Shown here piece after piece: positions 22,919-36,072 of a DNA stretch of 64,000 nucleotides. The stretch covers positions 24,301,648 through 24,365,647 of the forward strand of contig NC_092673.1 of assembly GCF_964355755.1 (NCBI RefSeq), written 5' to 3'. The position numbers were made by a program, and so were the translations under genes. The DNA is from Antedon mediterranea (lineage: Eukaryota > Animalia > Echinodermata). The notes under the pieces were generated by a model, which saw only the letters and a program-made list of their open reading frames with translations, had not been told where the DNA came from and did no database searches. Numbering within the stretch: position 1 is the first letter of the stretch; every line of letters starts with the position of its first letter.

Positions 22919-25350
22919 ATACAAATAAACTTTATACTGACAGTTCCTTCTCAACGTTTGTATTAATTAATAATTACCAAAAATATAAACGTCGTAGTGG
23001 TGTATCGTGACATGTACTTTAATATTTCAATCGATTATGACAGTGACAGTTTTAACAAAGTATTAAATCGCAAATGTTTTAGGCCTACTGTATTTAGAGG
23101 TATATTATTTATAGGCCTATAAAACATGAACAAAATATTTCGTTACTCAGTGGATAAAGAATATATTTAAAAATTGTTCCTCTTTGTACCTATCCGCTTT
23201 CCCATCCCTCAACCCTAATGTTACATAGCGAGGAGGCTTCGCATTTTCCTATCTCCTCCTACGATAATTGTTTTTAATAGCTGAAAACCGGTTGAACAGC
23301 TAGAGTACACCATCATAATGTTGAAGACAGGCCGATTTTCTTTAAAAAAATACTATTTTGATAGATTGCTAGAGTACACCATCATAATGTTGAAGACAGG
23401 CCGATTTTCTTTAAAAAATACTATTTTGATAGATTTAATATACGATTATACAAATGTATTGATTTGCGATGAATGGAACATCCCAATCTCTCAGTCTGCC
23501 AGAGTTTGGTTTAACACAAGTACTGTAGGTAAATTTATGAGCCCTTGGTTTAACACATACGGTAGGTAAATATATGGGCCCTTTGAGAATAAACTTGCAA
23601 TAGGTTCGGAAAATGTTAAAAACCAATTTCTATTATTTGAATCGGTAAACAGTTTCCATTTATTATACATTGATAATGAAACATGAAATATTCCTATTTA
23701 TGTCCCTCGAGGTTCATTACAATTTATATTTAGTAGTCCCACGGACTTCATCTTAGCCACTCCCCCGAGTGCTAAGGCCAAATTTATGATACCCTACTTT
23801 CTATGTAAGTTTAGTTACAGTTAGTTCTTGACGATAATACAACGAATTTAGGTTACACCCTTCGGCCGCGAAAACGTTTCTGTACAAATATGATACCGAT
23901 TGGCTTTATTTCATTCAACAGCGACCATAATCTCGCCAATTACAGGATAGATAAACTATTTTATTATTGATGTGCTTATAAATTAAGACTCATGTAAACA
24001 GCTTGATTACATCATTTTACAGACAAACGAAACTTTTTTAAACCTACTGTTTCAATAACTGAGTATAATACTGTATACGTTTTCATAAGTAAGTGCATAT
24101 ACATTTTCGTGTTTTCATTGACGAGATTGTAATAGTAACTTCAGTAACTATTACAGTACTTATTTATTATACGACACAAGACAATTGTATCTGACAGGTA
24201 CGTACATTATTCTAAAAAATAAGTCTAGATAGATCCCTTAGGCGTCATAAATCACAGGCCAACAAATCAGTACTCATGACAGAAATTCGACCCAGTTTGG
24301 TTCACACAAATGTTTACAGGAATTTCAACACCACAACCGATGATTTGCCCTAAATATTTAGGTAGACTACAGTTTAATTTTTCACTGAATAGGAGCTTGC
24401 ATTTCCGATTTTCATTTCGCAGAATGTCTAGGTCTATTTATTTAGTTTGGTTCTTATAATATATAAATACAATCAACTTTATTACTGCGGTTCCATCACC
24501 ACCACCACGTGTCGCCCAATTCCCGTACATACATTTCCATTTCTCCCTAATTTCTTTAATCCACATAAATTAATTGTCCTTTATGGAATCCAGTATTGGT
24601 TTTGTTGTCTCTATTTCTGAATACCCCAATTAGGGGGACACTTCCGTTTTTGTTTAGTGTCCCAAAAAAGTCCCCGTCCGTGGATTCTACTGTATTCGAG
24701 AACCATCTGTGAGCACCCCTAGATGGTACGCGAGCGAAGCGAGCGTGCCATCTAGTAAGACACAATTACCACTACACAAATTGACTTTATATTGTGTATT
24801 GTATGTTCATTTATGTTGTACCAAATGCATATTACACTCAATATATAGTATATAATATGTTATGCAAATACTATGGTAGCGAAATTAAGCCTACTCCATT
24901 ATATTAAATTTGCTACTCTTGGTAATATCATGTTTCATATAATTCAACATGGCTCAAAGAATTTTTTTTGTATTGATAACAATGCTGAAATTATTAAATA
25001 TATTATGGAATATAAATATAGCCCTAAAAAGTAAATTAAAAGATTTGCATTTTATTGGTAACCAAAAATAAAAATCAGAGGAAAAGCAAAGAGGTTTTAA
25101 GTGTTGTTAGTAGTACTTCAATTGCTATGCAGCTGCCTTCATTATGACTGGCTGCTAAGGGAAGAAACAATACAGTCATAGCAGAGCGTGTTCTTATTAG
25201 CAGAAGCAATAAACGAGCACAGTGAAAGTTGGCCTTGATGTAGTACATGGTGGTACAGTATTTCTATTCATTTCATTAAAAGCAAGATAGACACTAAAGG
25301 ATATTAGAACCATGCTTGTTAGTTGATTTATCTATTTTTGTTGGGGAAAA

Positions 25351-25421
25351 ATGTCTTATTCAAATTATTACAAGGTCCCTACATTGGAGGCTGTAGACTT
25401 CAGCAGAAGTACAAGTCGGGA
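25351..25421 (+). CDS. Candidate alternative first coding exon A of the KCNT gene (MSYSNYYKVPTLEAVDFSRSTSRE)
   Basis: AAAATG start, open frame, strong GA|GTGAGT donor in phase 2, which fits the 44206 acceptor. No homology support. Confidence 0.45.
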
Positions 25422-26517
25422 GTGAGTAAATCAATTATTGATTATTTCTTTATTTTTTATATACAAATAAGTTTTTGTTTTGCTTTTTTGCGTGAATTAT
25501 ACATGACATATTATTTACAAATAGATCATGAATTGTTTTAATACATTTCAAGTTTGGTCATATTAAAAGTGTATAGCCTACAGTCTTGTCAAACGAACAA
25601 AATCTGTCGTGTAAGATAAAGTATATTATGAAGTAACCAAGTTTTAATTTTATTTCTGATATATCTAGCTTTACCAGTGGTATCTAGCACTGTAACCAGT
25701 TATCTCAAAAGCACTACAACATCCCAAGTACATCTTTAGTAAATTCATTTCATGTTCTACAATTGTAGTGCACTGAAATTTAGCAAACGAGAAAATCAAC
25801 TTGCTAATAATATATCATATTATAGAAATAATATGATTATCCGTTTTGTATATTAATGTTTAGCTTTTGTTTTGTAATTTTAAGGCGTCTCTCCATTTCT
25901 GGAGGCTTTTTTTTAAATAAATAAATTGAAATTGTTCCGGGAGGTGGTCTCTTTACTTTCTGTATGGCAGCAAAATGTTATATAAATACGTACTTAAATA
26001 AGAAGTGAACACAGGTGGTTATTAGAAGTCATTTTGAAAAAAAAATTATTAGATTGGGAGAAGGCCATCTAATCATACAAATTAATATATGTTGTAAGTT
26101 TCTTTTTGTCATGTGTATACAGTAGAACCCCTTCTTTGGGTCATTAAAGAGGACACTTCTATGTAAATGAACAAAGAGAAATAATTGACCTTAAAGACCA
26201 TGCCCTTTAAGCACTTGGTTCTTAAGTCTCTCTTATATGGACTTAAAGCTGGTAGTTCAGTGTACATATTTCAGTCATATTCACCTTAATAAAGATTCCA
26301 GTTTCATCTTTTGAAAGAGTTGAAAGCTACCCCGATGTACTAGTCCATTGCAGCCCGTTATTGTTGCAGATAAGAGACCGTCATTTAGTGGCAGCTTGAC
26401 ACTAAGGGGCTCATCTTCCAATGCACTTTGTATATATAAGTACATATAAATAAAAATAATTTATTATTTTTAATATTATACGGTTATTCGGTTGTGGTTC
26501 AACCCTCATTTACTTAA

Positions 26518-27145
26518 AGACCCCTTCCCTGCAATTTTGGACGTTTTTTGGAAAATAATACATATATATCACTTTAAAAACATTAAACCATGTCATTCCT
26601 TGTCTTAAATGTACGTTTTATGGTAAATTATGATAAAAAGTGAGAAACAATGCACTACATAAGTAGCTCGCGGCGATCGACCTCTCGTGGACGGTCTTAG
26701 GCCTAGCCTAGCTTGGCTTAGTTTTGTAGGCCTACACTGGTAAACATCGGTAACGTTCGAACATCATACACTTAGCTATATGCCTAGCCTGACGTTGTAT
26801 AGTTGCTGCATTAATTGTCTTTCTATTTTTGCCAGACTCCGTTGATACAAATTGGGGAAAACCCGGTATTTTCGCTGAAAAGTTAGGAGTCTTCCATTTG
26901 TTTTGGCCTCACGATCGATCGAAAAGTAGGCGAATTACAGGTGAAAAACAAAAATATCAATCCGCGCGCAATGCATTTTGGGATTTATAGCGGGCCGCTA
27001 TAATTATTAGAATCGACTTATTTTTCACATTTTTAACCGTTTAAAGACGAAAAAAGTTATCGCAATAGGACCATATAGTATTATTTTTACATTAAATATA
27101 GTTTGTGATCTTAAATTAGATCTAAAAAACGTAGGGAAGGGGGCT
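26518..27145. mobile_element. Kolobok-like non-autonomous element
   Basis: TTAA|AGACCCCTTCCCT ... AGGGAAGGGGGCT|TTAA. Confidence 0.75.
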
Positions 27146-29489
27146 TTAAATTATATTGATAACATTTTTTAACCATTTGAGACCATGCATGTGGTTGTCC
27201 AGTTCACTCTACTCTCCCTACTCCATCAGAGTAAATAATTTATTCAGTATCTTGGCAAATACTATGATACAGTACACATTTTCAAGTTTAATAGCGTAAA
27301 TACAGTGTATTTTACAGTACATATATCCATCTATATAGAAATTTGTCAAATTACAAAAGGACAAATCTGTTGATGCAAGGTAGGATTTCTACTCTTGAGA
27401 ATGAATCCTTTGAGTTACAATAGAAACAATTGTAGTCTAATGAGTAAAAATGATCATTAGTACAAAAGGACTATTACACTCATTTAAACGTCAAGACAGA
27501 TATTTGTTACCATAATGATAAAACTATAATTCTATGCATAATGTCCAATTTGTCTTGTCTAACACAGAGGAAAGGGATTAGGTATTAGTTTCTATTGAAT
27601 AAATTAATTATATTTTGTATAAATTAAATATAAAGGCAGGCCTACTTTTGTATATTGTTCATACTCGACACTATTTCGTTTTTCTTTAAATTATGAAATG
27701 TGAATTTTGCTTTAGTTGTGTAACAAAATACATTTTATATCTATGTTTAAATTGAAACTTATATAGTATTATTTTAATGATTTTAAAAGAATGAAATGCT
27801 AAAAACAGTAGAAATATTTTTTGAATTAAAATTAGTACACCTTTTCAGTCTAATACTTAAATTGCCAGAACAAATCCATCATTATGAAGTAAATCCGACA
27901 AGCCTCGTTACAACTTGCAGATGTCATGAAAAATAATGGGAAAACGCAAGAAAAAGTACCTTTGCAATCTTCCTTTGGCGATAAGACTAATTTAGCCATT
28001 CATGAGGTACTAGTTTAATTTAAAAGATTACTTAAATATTTGATGTTGAAGATCCAAGAAGCATAATGTAAATAGGTTATAGTTGACAATCCTATATCTT
28101 GTATTGACTAATATATCGTCTAACATATAAATATCAATATTGTTTGACCAGCTGTACTGTTTATACATTAACGACCACATACTATAAACAATGTCCTCAG
28201 TTTCCAGTTAAACTTAAGGACCAGTAATAATACATTTAACATTTATTATTAACACACTATAGCTATATGAACTCTCTATGTTGATAACTCGCTGTACGTG
28301 TACGTACTAAGGCTGGTGTAATTTATGCAATTCGTAATGTAATTCGTAATGTAATTCATAGATTAAAATTCCAAAATGTTCATTATCGTCTTAATGTATG
28401 AATATAAATATTGTTTGATCAGCTGTATTGTACATTAATCACCACATAGTATAAACAATATTAACACACTTGGTAACCAGCTATGATACAGTCTATTTTC
28501 CATTTTATAACTCTTAGGTTACGTCCTCACGTACAGTCGTAAAGGTAATCAACAGATTAAAATGCCAAGATGTTCACACAAACATCATTCGTTATAATTA
28601 TCACAGAAATCAGAATACCTATTTTTGTTTACACGTGATAGATGATGGCCATCTCTTTTTTTTTTAATGGGGCCATTCCTTGAAATACAACCATCTTATT
28701 TAACTTCAATTCTTTCCTAAACGTTAGCTCCAAAATGATCTCTGTTTTGATTATAAAAACTTAGAAGGGACATATTACCAAAATAAAAAATATTTGTGCA
28801 TAATGATAATGTCCTTAATTAAAATTGGTTCAAGGATTTTGATATTATTAAGAAGTTTTCTAATGTACTGCAGTAATTGTTCTATCAAGGCCTTATTTCA
28901 ATTTTTATAAAATGAACTTAGAATTTAATTGACTATTTTTATAGTGCCCAATCAAATGTAATAGGAAATTTTATAGCTTTCTATTAGAGAGATTAGGGAT
29001 AATTTCAGCAACATATTGTGTATTGAAACTAGCACTATTTATGATTCCATTTTTTATAAAAATCGATTGTAGCAAAACAACAAACATCATTTTAGTAACT
29101 ATGATTGAAATATATATTTATACTGGGTATCTCACTGTACCTAGCTTTTGTTGGTATATTAAAATTCAAATGTATTTACTTCAACAAAGTACACATTGTT
29201 GAATATACAAAAGTACATGTAAACAATAAAATATATGGAAAATACAAATATTTTAAATATTACAAAGATTTAAAGTACTATCAAATGTTTTTTATTAAAG
29301 CACAGTGCTTTACTTTATAGAAGCTTAATAATTATATGAAGATATGTAAATATCGTATGTTTGTAGAGTTTGACAAAGCCAAACTTGTCATAAATTTGTA
29401 AGTCTTGCAATAAACTTATAAATCTAAATGAAACTTGCAATATACTTGTAAGTCTAGATTTAAACTCATCACCTGGGACGTCTTGTTGC

Positions 29490-29557
29490 AATAATAATAA
29501 TAATAATAATAATAAGATTTTTAAAGCGCACATACCACTCCAGAGTGCTCAAGGCGC
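29490..29557 (-). mobile_element. L2-type 3' tail with (TTA)n
   Basis: Minus strand GCGCCTTGAGCAC...GTGCGCTTTAAAAAATC(TTA)n; similar tail on the + strand at ~49963-50027. Confidence 0.6.
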
Positions 29558-30125
29558 AAACTTGCCATAAACTTGTAAGTCTTGTTGCAAACTTGCCATA
29601 AACTTGTAAGTTTGTTGCAAACTTGCCATTAACTTGTAAGTCTTGTTGCAAACTTGCCATTAACCTGTAAGTCTTGTTGCAAACTTGCCATAAACTTGTA
29701 AGTGTCAATGCAAACTTGCCATAAACTTGTAAGTCTTGTTGCAAACTTGCCATAAACTTGTAAGTGTCAATGCAAACTTGCCATAAACTTGTAAGTCTTG
29801 TTGCAAACTTGCCATAAACTTGTAAGTCTTGTTGCAAACTTGCCATTAACGTGTAAGTCTTGTTGCAAACTTGCCATTAACTTATAAGTCTCAATGCAAA
29901 CTTGCCATTAACTTGTAAGTCTCAATGCAAACTTGCCATAAACTTGTAAGTCTCAATGCAAACTTGCCATTAACTTGTAAGTCTTGATGCAAATTTTCCA
30001 TAAACTTGTAAGCTCTCAATGCAAACTTGCTTGAAACTTTAAGTCTTGATGCAAACTTGCCATAAACTTGTAAGTCTTGTTGCCAACTTGCTTGAAACTT
30101 TTAGTCTTGCAAAATTGCCATAAAC
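29557..30125. repeat. 31-bp minisatellite (AAACTTGCCATAAACTTGTAAGTCTTGTTGC)n
   Basis: Tandem units read directly; degenerate units extend left to ~29380. ORFs 29469 and 30039 are translations of the repeat. Confidence 0.95.
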
Positions 30126-30453
30126 GTTGAAATGAAACTCTGCAATTATCTCAATGGAATGTAGAGATGTAAGATTGTCAATTACCCACCTATTATTCAT
30201 TGTTTGTGTTTTCAAATAAATTGCAAATTGTGTTTGTGTGTAAATATTAAGGAAGTACATCCATTTTATTATGAATCGATGCTGTTGTATTTTTGATAAT
30301 TAAATAGAACTCTTAATTAAAAATTGAATTTGACCTTGGTAACTAAGTTCATCACATCTCTTGAAAAAAAATTATTAAATTACTTATGAAATTAAAGTTG
30401 ATTATTGCCAACAGTAGAAAATATTACAATAAAAAATGTCTTAGTTCCATATT

Positions 30454-31449
30454 CAAGCCCGTAGCCAGGGGGGGGGGGGGGGGGGTTTATAGTTTAGTTT
30501 ACAGCAAACCCCCTTAAATGACTGCGAACCCCCGTCCCCGACATGCCGAATACCTTACCCTTATCTCCGAAAATCCTCCAAATACGTGCACCACAGTACA
30601 AAAAGTTGTTTGTAAATTGAAAAATTTGTAAACTCGTTTGTGAATAACTGATACAGTACCTTCTTCCCTGTATGAGCGTACTTCGAGCGATACGTGTCTG
30701 TAAATTCTAAGAGTTGCAAATGAATGGCTGATTATAACCTGAAAAATAAATGTTTGGTTCCTGCATATGTAACATGATATTGACGCTTCTCACAGCGAGC
30801 TAGCTGGGGTACGAACGATTCGTACAAAGTATTTATGTGTGGCTATGAGTATAATGTATCATCATCATAGAGGATTATAGTGAATATTAATATATTACAC
30901 TATAATATATATGGTATCATGTACTGTAGTTCACATTATGGCATCCGATTATTCTTTTCTAGACCACCACCAGCCGATACGTACTCAAAACTGTATCAAT
31001 ACCACCTATTTACATTGGCATATTTAATTTCCTCAACAAATTGCTTTAAATAAATATTATAGATAGAGCTATAATAAGAATTGCATTTTCCTTCACCCAG
31101 TGTGCTTTTTTCGGGGCTTTTCCTAGACGTACGATCGCATTGAACTTGAAAGCAAAATAAAATACCGACTGAATTATCAAACAATCGGCGGTTCCGCACA
31201 GAGCACGCGCATCTAACGTACGGCAACAAATGTTATCGTCCTTTAAATAGTCCACCAGTCCAAGTACGATCGTTTTACTCATTTGGTAGCATATGGCATG
31301 AGAGTGTTTTTTCCGGCCATCTAGGGGTGTCATTTAACAAAATTCGCTTCGCCTCAGGCCCCACCCCCAAGGGGGAAGGGGTGACCCAAATACTTAGTGT
31401 CCGAACCCCCCCCCCCCCCCCCCCTTGACAGATCCTGGCTACGGCCCTG
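30454..31449. mobile_element. hAT-like non-autonomous element with poly-G/poly-C subterminal runs
   Basis: CAAGCCCGTAGCCAGG(G)n ... (C)n..CCTGGCTACGGCCCTG; ATATT on both sides. Confidence 0.7.
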
Positions 31450-32234
31450 ATATTTTTTTTAATTCATTAGTGGAATATTGGTTATTGTGTTTGAGTAGCA
31501 ATGGAATTCTGAACTCTAATCTAATAAAAAACCACAAATCATATTAAAAAGCACACCCACATAAACAGGAAAAATTAAAACACTTAGTCCAATCACATTT
31601 AACGTATGCACTGTATTTTGCTGTCAAGGATATTGTTTCAACTTTGAAAGGATTGAGTAAATGTTTTCCTGCGTCTAACATGTTGCCAGCATTTAATACC
31701 AATTATTTTGGCAGATCGTTGCTAGCAGTAATTTCCATTCTCATCTTTATAGCATTTATTCATGGACATGGACACTGTATACTAATATATTTTATCGTCT
31801 ATTTGTGTTGAATGTGGTTTTTACTATCATTTTGTCTATTGAATTTTATTGATTTTGACAGAATTGTATTTTTAAGAATTTCTTTTTTATCGATTTTTTT
31901 CCGCTAATGCATTGTAATATGTTGATACATCGCTGTTTTAAAAATGGATATAACAGACAACTATGAAATGTATGATTAATGGTGTTTATTGGTTGCCATG
32001 ATATTTTACTTGTCGTCATTCCTCATTGTAATTCCTTATTCCAAAGTTTACTGTAGTTTTGCATGCTTATTTAACGATAGGTCTTACTATACTGAATCAT
32101 ATTTTTGCACATGTACGTATTCCTGAATGGTTTAACGTAAAGAATTATATACAGACTATTACTATAGGGAAGGAGTACATTTTTAAACTAGCAAGGGTTT
32201 GAATCACAACTTTGTAATTTTTCTTAATAATCAC

Positions 32235-33159
32235 TAGACTTGCCCCAAGTCTGTATTATCTTTTTTTTAAATTTATTTGTTTTTATTTCGACCGCGATTT
32301 TTGTCTGAAAATACAGACTTGTGAAACACGTATAGAAATCGATTTGCAGACCGCAAACATCCGATAAGAATGACGTAGGTTATGATACCGTATTTGGCTA
32401 TATGGGGCGGGCGGTATGTAAATATGGATTTCGAATCAACCAATGATCATTTTGTTTCAAAATGAAAAAGATCGAGTACGTACAGTGCTGAATGTACGAT
32501 CGAGACTGTTGAAATATAAAATCGTAATGCCAAGTTGTTTTGTTTATTAATTGTTTAGTCCTTGGCCTAGGCCTCTTTCGTAGGTCCTACTCAACTCGCA
32601 CGTATGACCTGCCAAATAAAACGCCAATAAAGTAGGCCTACATACCACCGGCACACGACAGGGCTACACCACCACACAGGACAGGGTCTGGGTGGGAATT
32701 AAATCAAAATTATCTCTGCGTAATAAATGATCCATTCAATGTTTGATTTGCGAAGAAGCTAGCCTATCATATCAAGACGAGTTTTCATGTTCTTGGGAAA
32801 AATCCCATCAAATGTTTACCAGACTACTAGGCATATAAAATAATTTCTAGCCTTCAGAAACGTTCATAAATGTACCCAAGTACACGTTGTCTAAACGTAA
32901 CATAGCGCTGAGTCTTTGAAATTCTGAAATATGAATATTAAAACGGTGTACGAGTGAGTAGCCAATCGCATGCAGCTGAAACTAGTCAACCGGATAATCG
33001 TATGCACCAAGAATTCTTGGTGTCAAACCACGTGACTTGTGCGTGTTTCCCCAGACGGAGTATCCAAAATCAAGTAGTATACGTATGAAACGCCATATGT
33101 GCCAAAATATTTATCTTTTTACTAATATTAAGACAAAACTCCGTCTGGAACCCAGACTA
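32235..33159 (-). mobile_element. AcademH-like non-autonomous DNA transposon, copy 2
   Basis: Reverse complement of 2913-3865; exact 9-bp TSD AATAATCAC (32226-32234 / 33160-33168). Confidence 0.8.
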
Positions 33160-36031
33160 AATAATCACCAGTCTTTTCGGGCTTATAGATAGTAACTGTA
33201 CAAATTTTCACATATGAAGACTAAACTGTAGGTTTCTTCATTGCGTAAATACCCCCCATGCCCGCTAAGAGTAGTTTTCATGTACGTACAATTTAAAACC
33301 TTCCTAGTACAATTCCTGTAAATTTAATAACCCTGTGTATGGACATTTACATTTTTACATTGTGCAATTACAAGAATAATTACTATGTACAAAAAAAACG
33401 ATGGGTTGGACATAAATGTAAGATGTTTACGTTATACTATGGAAAATTAATTGTCTAGACATGAAATTAATGATACTACTTTACAAGTTGGTACATATAA
33501 GATAGTAATTATAAGATGTTGTTCTTCTGTAAGAAATTTAAAATTTAATTTTAACTAAATAATATGTTATTTTCATAACTGAAAATTAAAATGATTGAAT
33601 TCGTTGGAATAGCAAATTCTCTCTGAAAACCAGACATTATGGTTTGATTGAAATTACATTTAGAAAAGCAGAATGTGCAGATATGTGAGAGTTGTTTTAC
33701 AGTAGTCTGAAAATATGTTTTGCAACATTGTAATTATAGTAGGGAGCCCTCTTTAGTTTCAAATGAATGACATCCATAGTTCATTTATCTAAATATTTCC
33801 TCTATGCTTTAACAGTGGTAATAAATAAAATAATAATTATTATTAGTGGGCAATAATATTAGTTTTTATTTGTATTATAATTAATATGTCATAATACGTT
33901 GTAATAACATATACCCATCTTACACAACCGGCAAAATATGTGAATTGCATACCGTAACCCTTGTCTTGAAGTAAAGAGGGTAGAGGAAAGCACCAATAGC
34001 TGGAAACAGGGTAATCTTGCGCGCATGTAAAATCCATAATATATGGCACCTCTAGTTGGCCGCAATGACGCTTTATAGCATGCTTGCAATCAGCAAAATG
34101 ATCAGAGCCTACTTTTTCCGCCGGTTAACACACATGACTGAGGATAACAATGTTTTCGTTGAATGCGAATATTATCAATTAATATTAATAAATTAAATTG
34201 ATTTTCTTGTTAGTCTATAGTTTTGTTGAACAACTTTATGAGTCATCATTTAAAGATTAATAAGAAAGTTTGATGAACTATGACATTATTATACCCAAGA
34301 GGTTACTGTACTGTATGTATTAATGAATAGAACTTCAATGACATTAATAATGGTAAACTACAAATTAGTATTCTAGCTTCAATACTAATTACTGGAATAA
34401 TGGTATGATCCAATTATTTGAGTTCAAAAATTGTTTAATCATCATTATTTTAACTGCTTTGAAATAGCTTTGCATCAGAGAGCGATTAATGAATCAGATG
34501 TTTTGCCCTTCTCTCACATAATTGTACTGAATGTTTATAGTTCTTTGCAAAAAAATTGTACAAATGATTCTCAGGTGGGACTCGAACCTATGACCTCCAG
34601 TGCACAGGGTAATCAGTAGGCATTAGGTACAGATTTAATGCGAGATCTTTAAACTTTCAATGATTTTAAAAAAATAATTAATTTGGTAGCTGTAGAATAA
34701 TTAATTGGATTTTGTTTGATGCCCCGAGGTAAAAAGAGCAATTTAAAAATAATATAATATAGTACAGTAGAACACCATATTATTTCCTTTGAAACAAATA
34801 AGAGGCAATGTTTTCCACTAGTAAAGCCCTATTCAGGAGATGCCCCTATTAAGGGACACTTCCTTGGAAACAAATGATGGACAATATACACTACACTACA
34901 ATCAAGCACCTATCAAAGGGACACTCCTAAAATTTCCCCATAAAATAGTACTGTAATTAATTTTTGAAATAATAATAATATAATAATAAATAATTTTCAT
35001 GATATAGCTGTCTGTAAAAATAAAAAATTAGATATAATTTACATCATAAAATTAGCTGCATGATATGACAGACAAGAAAATGTTATTAATAATGTTCCTA
35101 CTCAATAATTAATAATGTTATAGCATATGAGAATTATAACTGCATCACTTACAAATTTGTTGTAATAATGAAAAGAACATTAATGTTTAAATTAATAAAA
35201 GTTTTAAAACATTATAGTTATGATCCCTACATACAGTAACCTCCACTTTTTTTTATAGTTCATTTGTCATGATCATCGGCAAAACACTTATCTTTAAACA
35301 AAAAAAATAATACCTTTTTTTTTATATCAATTCAGACATTCAGACTTGATAAGAATTGTTAAATAAATTCCCAATTTTGTTAATGAGTGTTTTATTAGCA
35401 TCATCATTTTGCTATGTATCTGCCGGGAATATTAAATTATTGTAAACCTACTGTAATAGCGCCCTCAACACCGAAAACATGGAACTTTTTCAAACTAGAA
35501 TCTTTACCAACATGTCTCAAATTTGTTTTTTTTTTCCTTGAAATACATTCTGAACATAAAATAATAAAGTCCATTCAATACTGACCATTTTAAAATTCTA
35601 ATTGATAATTGATGTTTTTTCAAAAAATTTACAGCATGTATGAACTTTCATTCACATTATAATTTAGTTCAATATCAAAAGTTAGAGAATTTTTAAAATG
35701 TAGCTGCTAGTTAAAAACCAATAAATACAGAAATATACAGTTGAATATTAATCAAATGATGTACCACCATGACAGTGAGGTCACAGAAGCTATTAGTCAT
35801 GCTTGATCGATCATGCATGACAATCAGTGATGAAGATCTGAGGAGAAGGATTTGTTGTGACTTGCTTGCTGCCTCATTAATGTGCATCAATTAATATTGA
35901 AGAAGTATATTTATAAGATGTAACATACTAGTGTTTATGAATATTTGAAAGTTTGGATTTTGAACACGTTTTACTAATTTTTGTGGATCAGTTCTTGTGT
36001 GTATTTTTATATCATTTGGTGAGGTATTACA

Positions 36032-36072
36032 ATGGAGCCTGAGCTCAAGTCAGATACAGGAGAGAAGGAAGT
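36032..36072 (+). CDS. Candidate first coding exon B of the KCNT gene (MEPELKSDTGEKEV)
   Basis: ACAATGG Kozak context, open frame, GT|GTAAGT donor in phase 2, which fits the 44206 acceptor. Confidence 0.55.

Larger units (their letters stand above)
17345..24755 (+). mobile_element. Non-autonomous Helitron, copy 1 (contains the Gypsy insertion)
   Basis: A|TCTATATATAAATTTACG 5' end; 3' hairpin CTAGATGGTACGCGAGCGAAGCGAGCGTGCCATCTAG|T; inserted in A^T without TSD; homologous to 37371-38826 and 45257-46221. Confidence 0.8.

Noticed and set aside
27925-28005. Another KCNT first exon (MKNNGKTQEK...IHE|gtacta)
   Set aside because: Phase-0, weak donor; does not fit the phase-2 acceptor at 44206 without an unseen exon.
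29557-30125. CRISPR-like array of ~31-bp repeats
   Set aside because: Head-to-tail units with no unique spacers, no cas genes, eukaryotic context.
34570-34605. tRNA-like B-box (GGTTCGAGTCCC, minus strand)
   Set aside because: No cloverleaf; most likely a decayed SINE head, too short to call.
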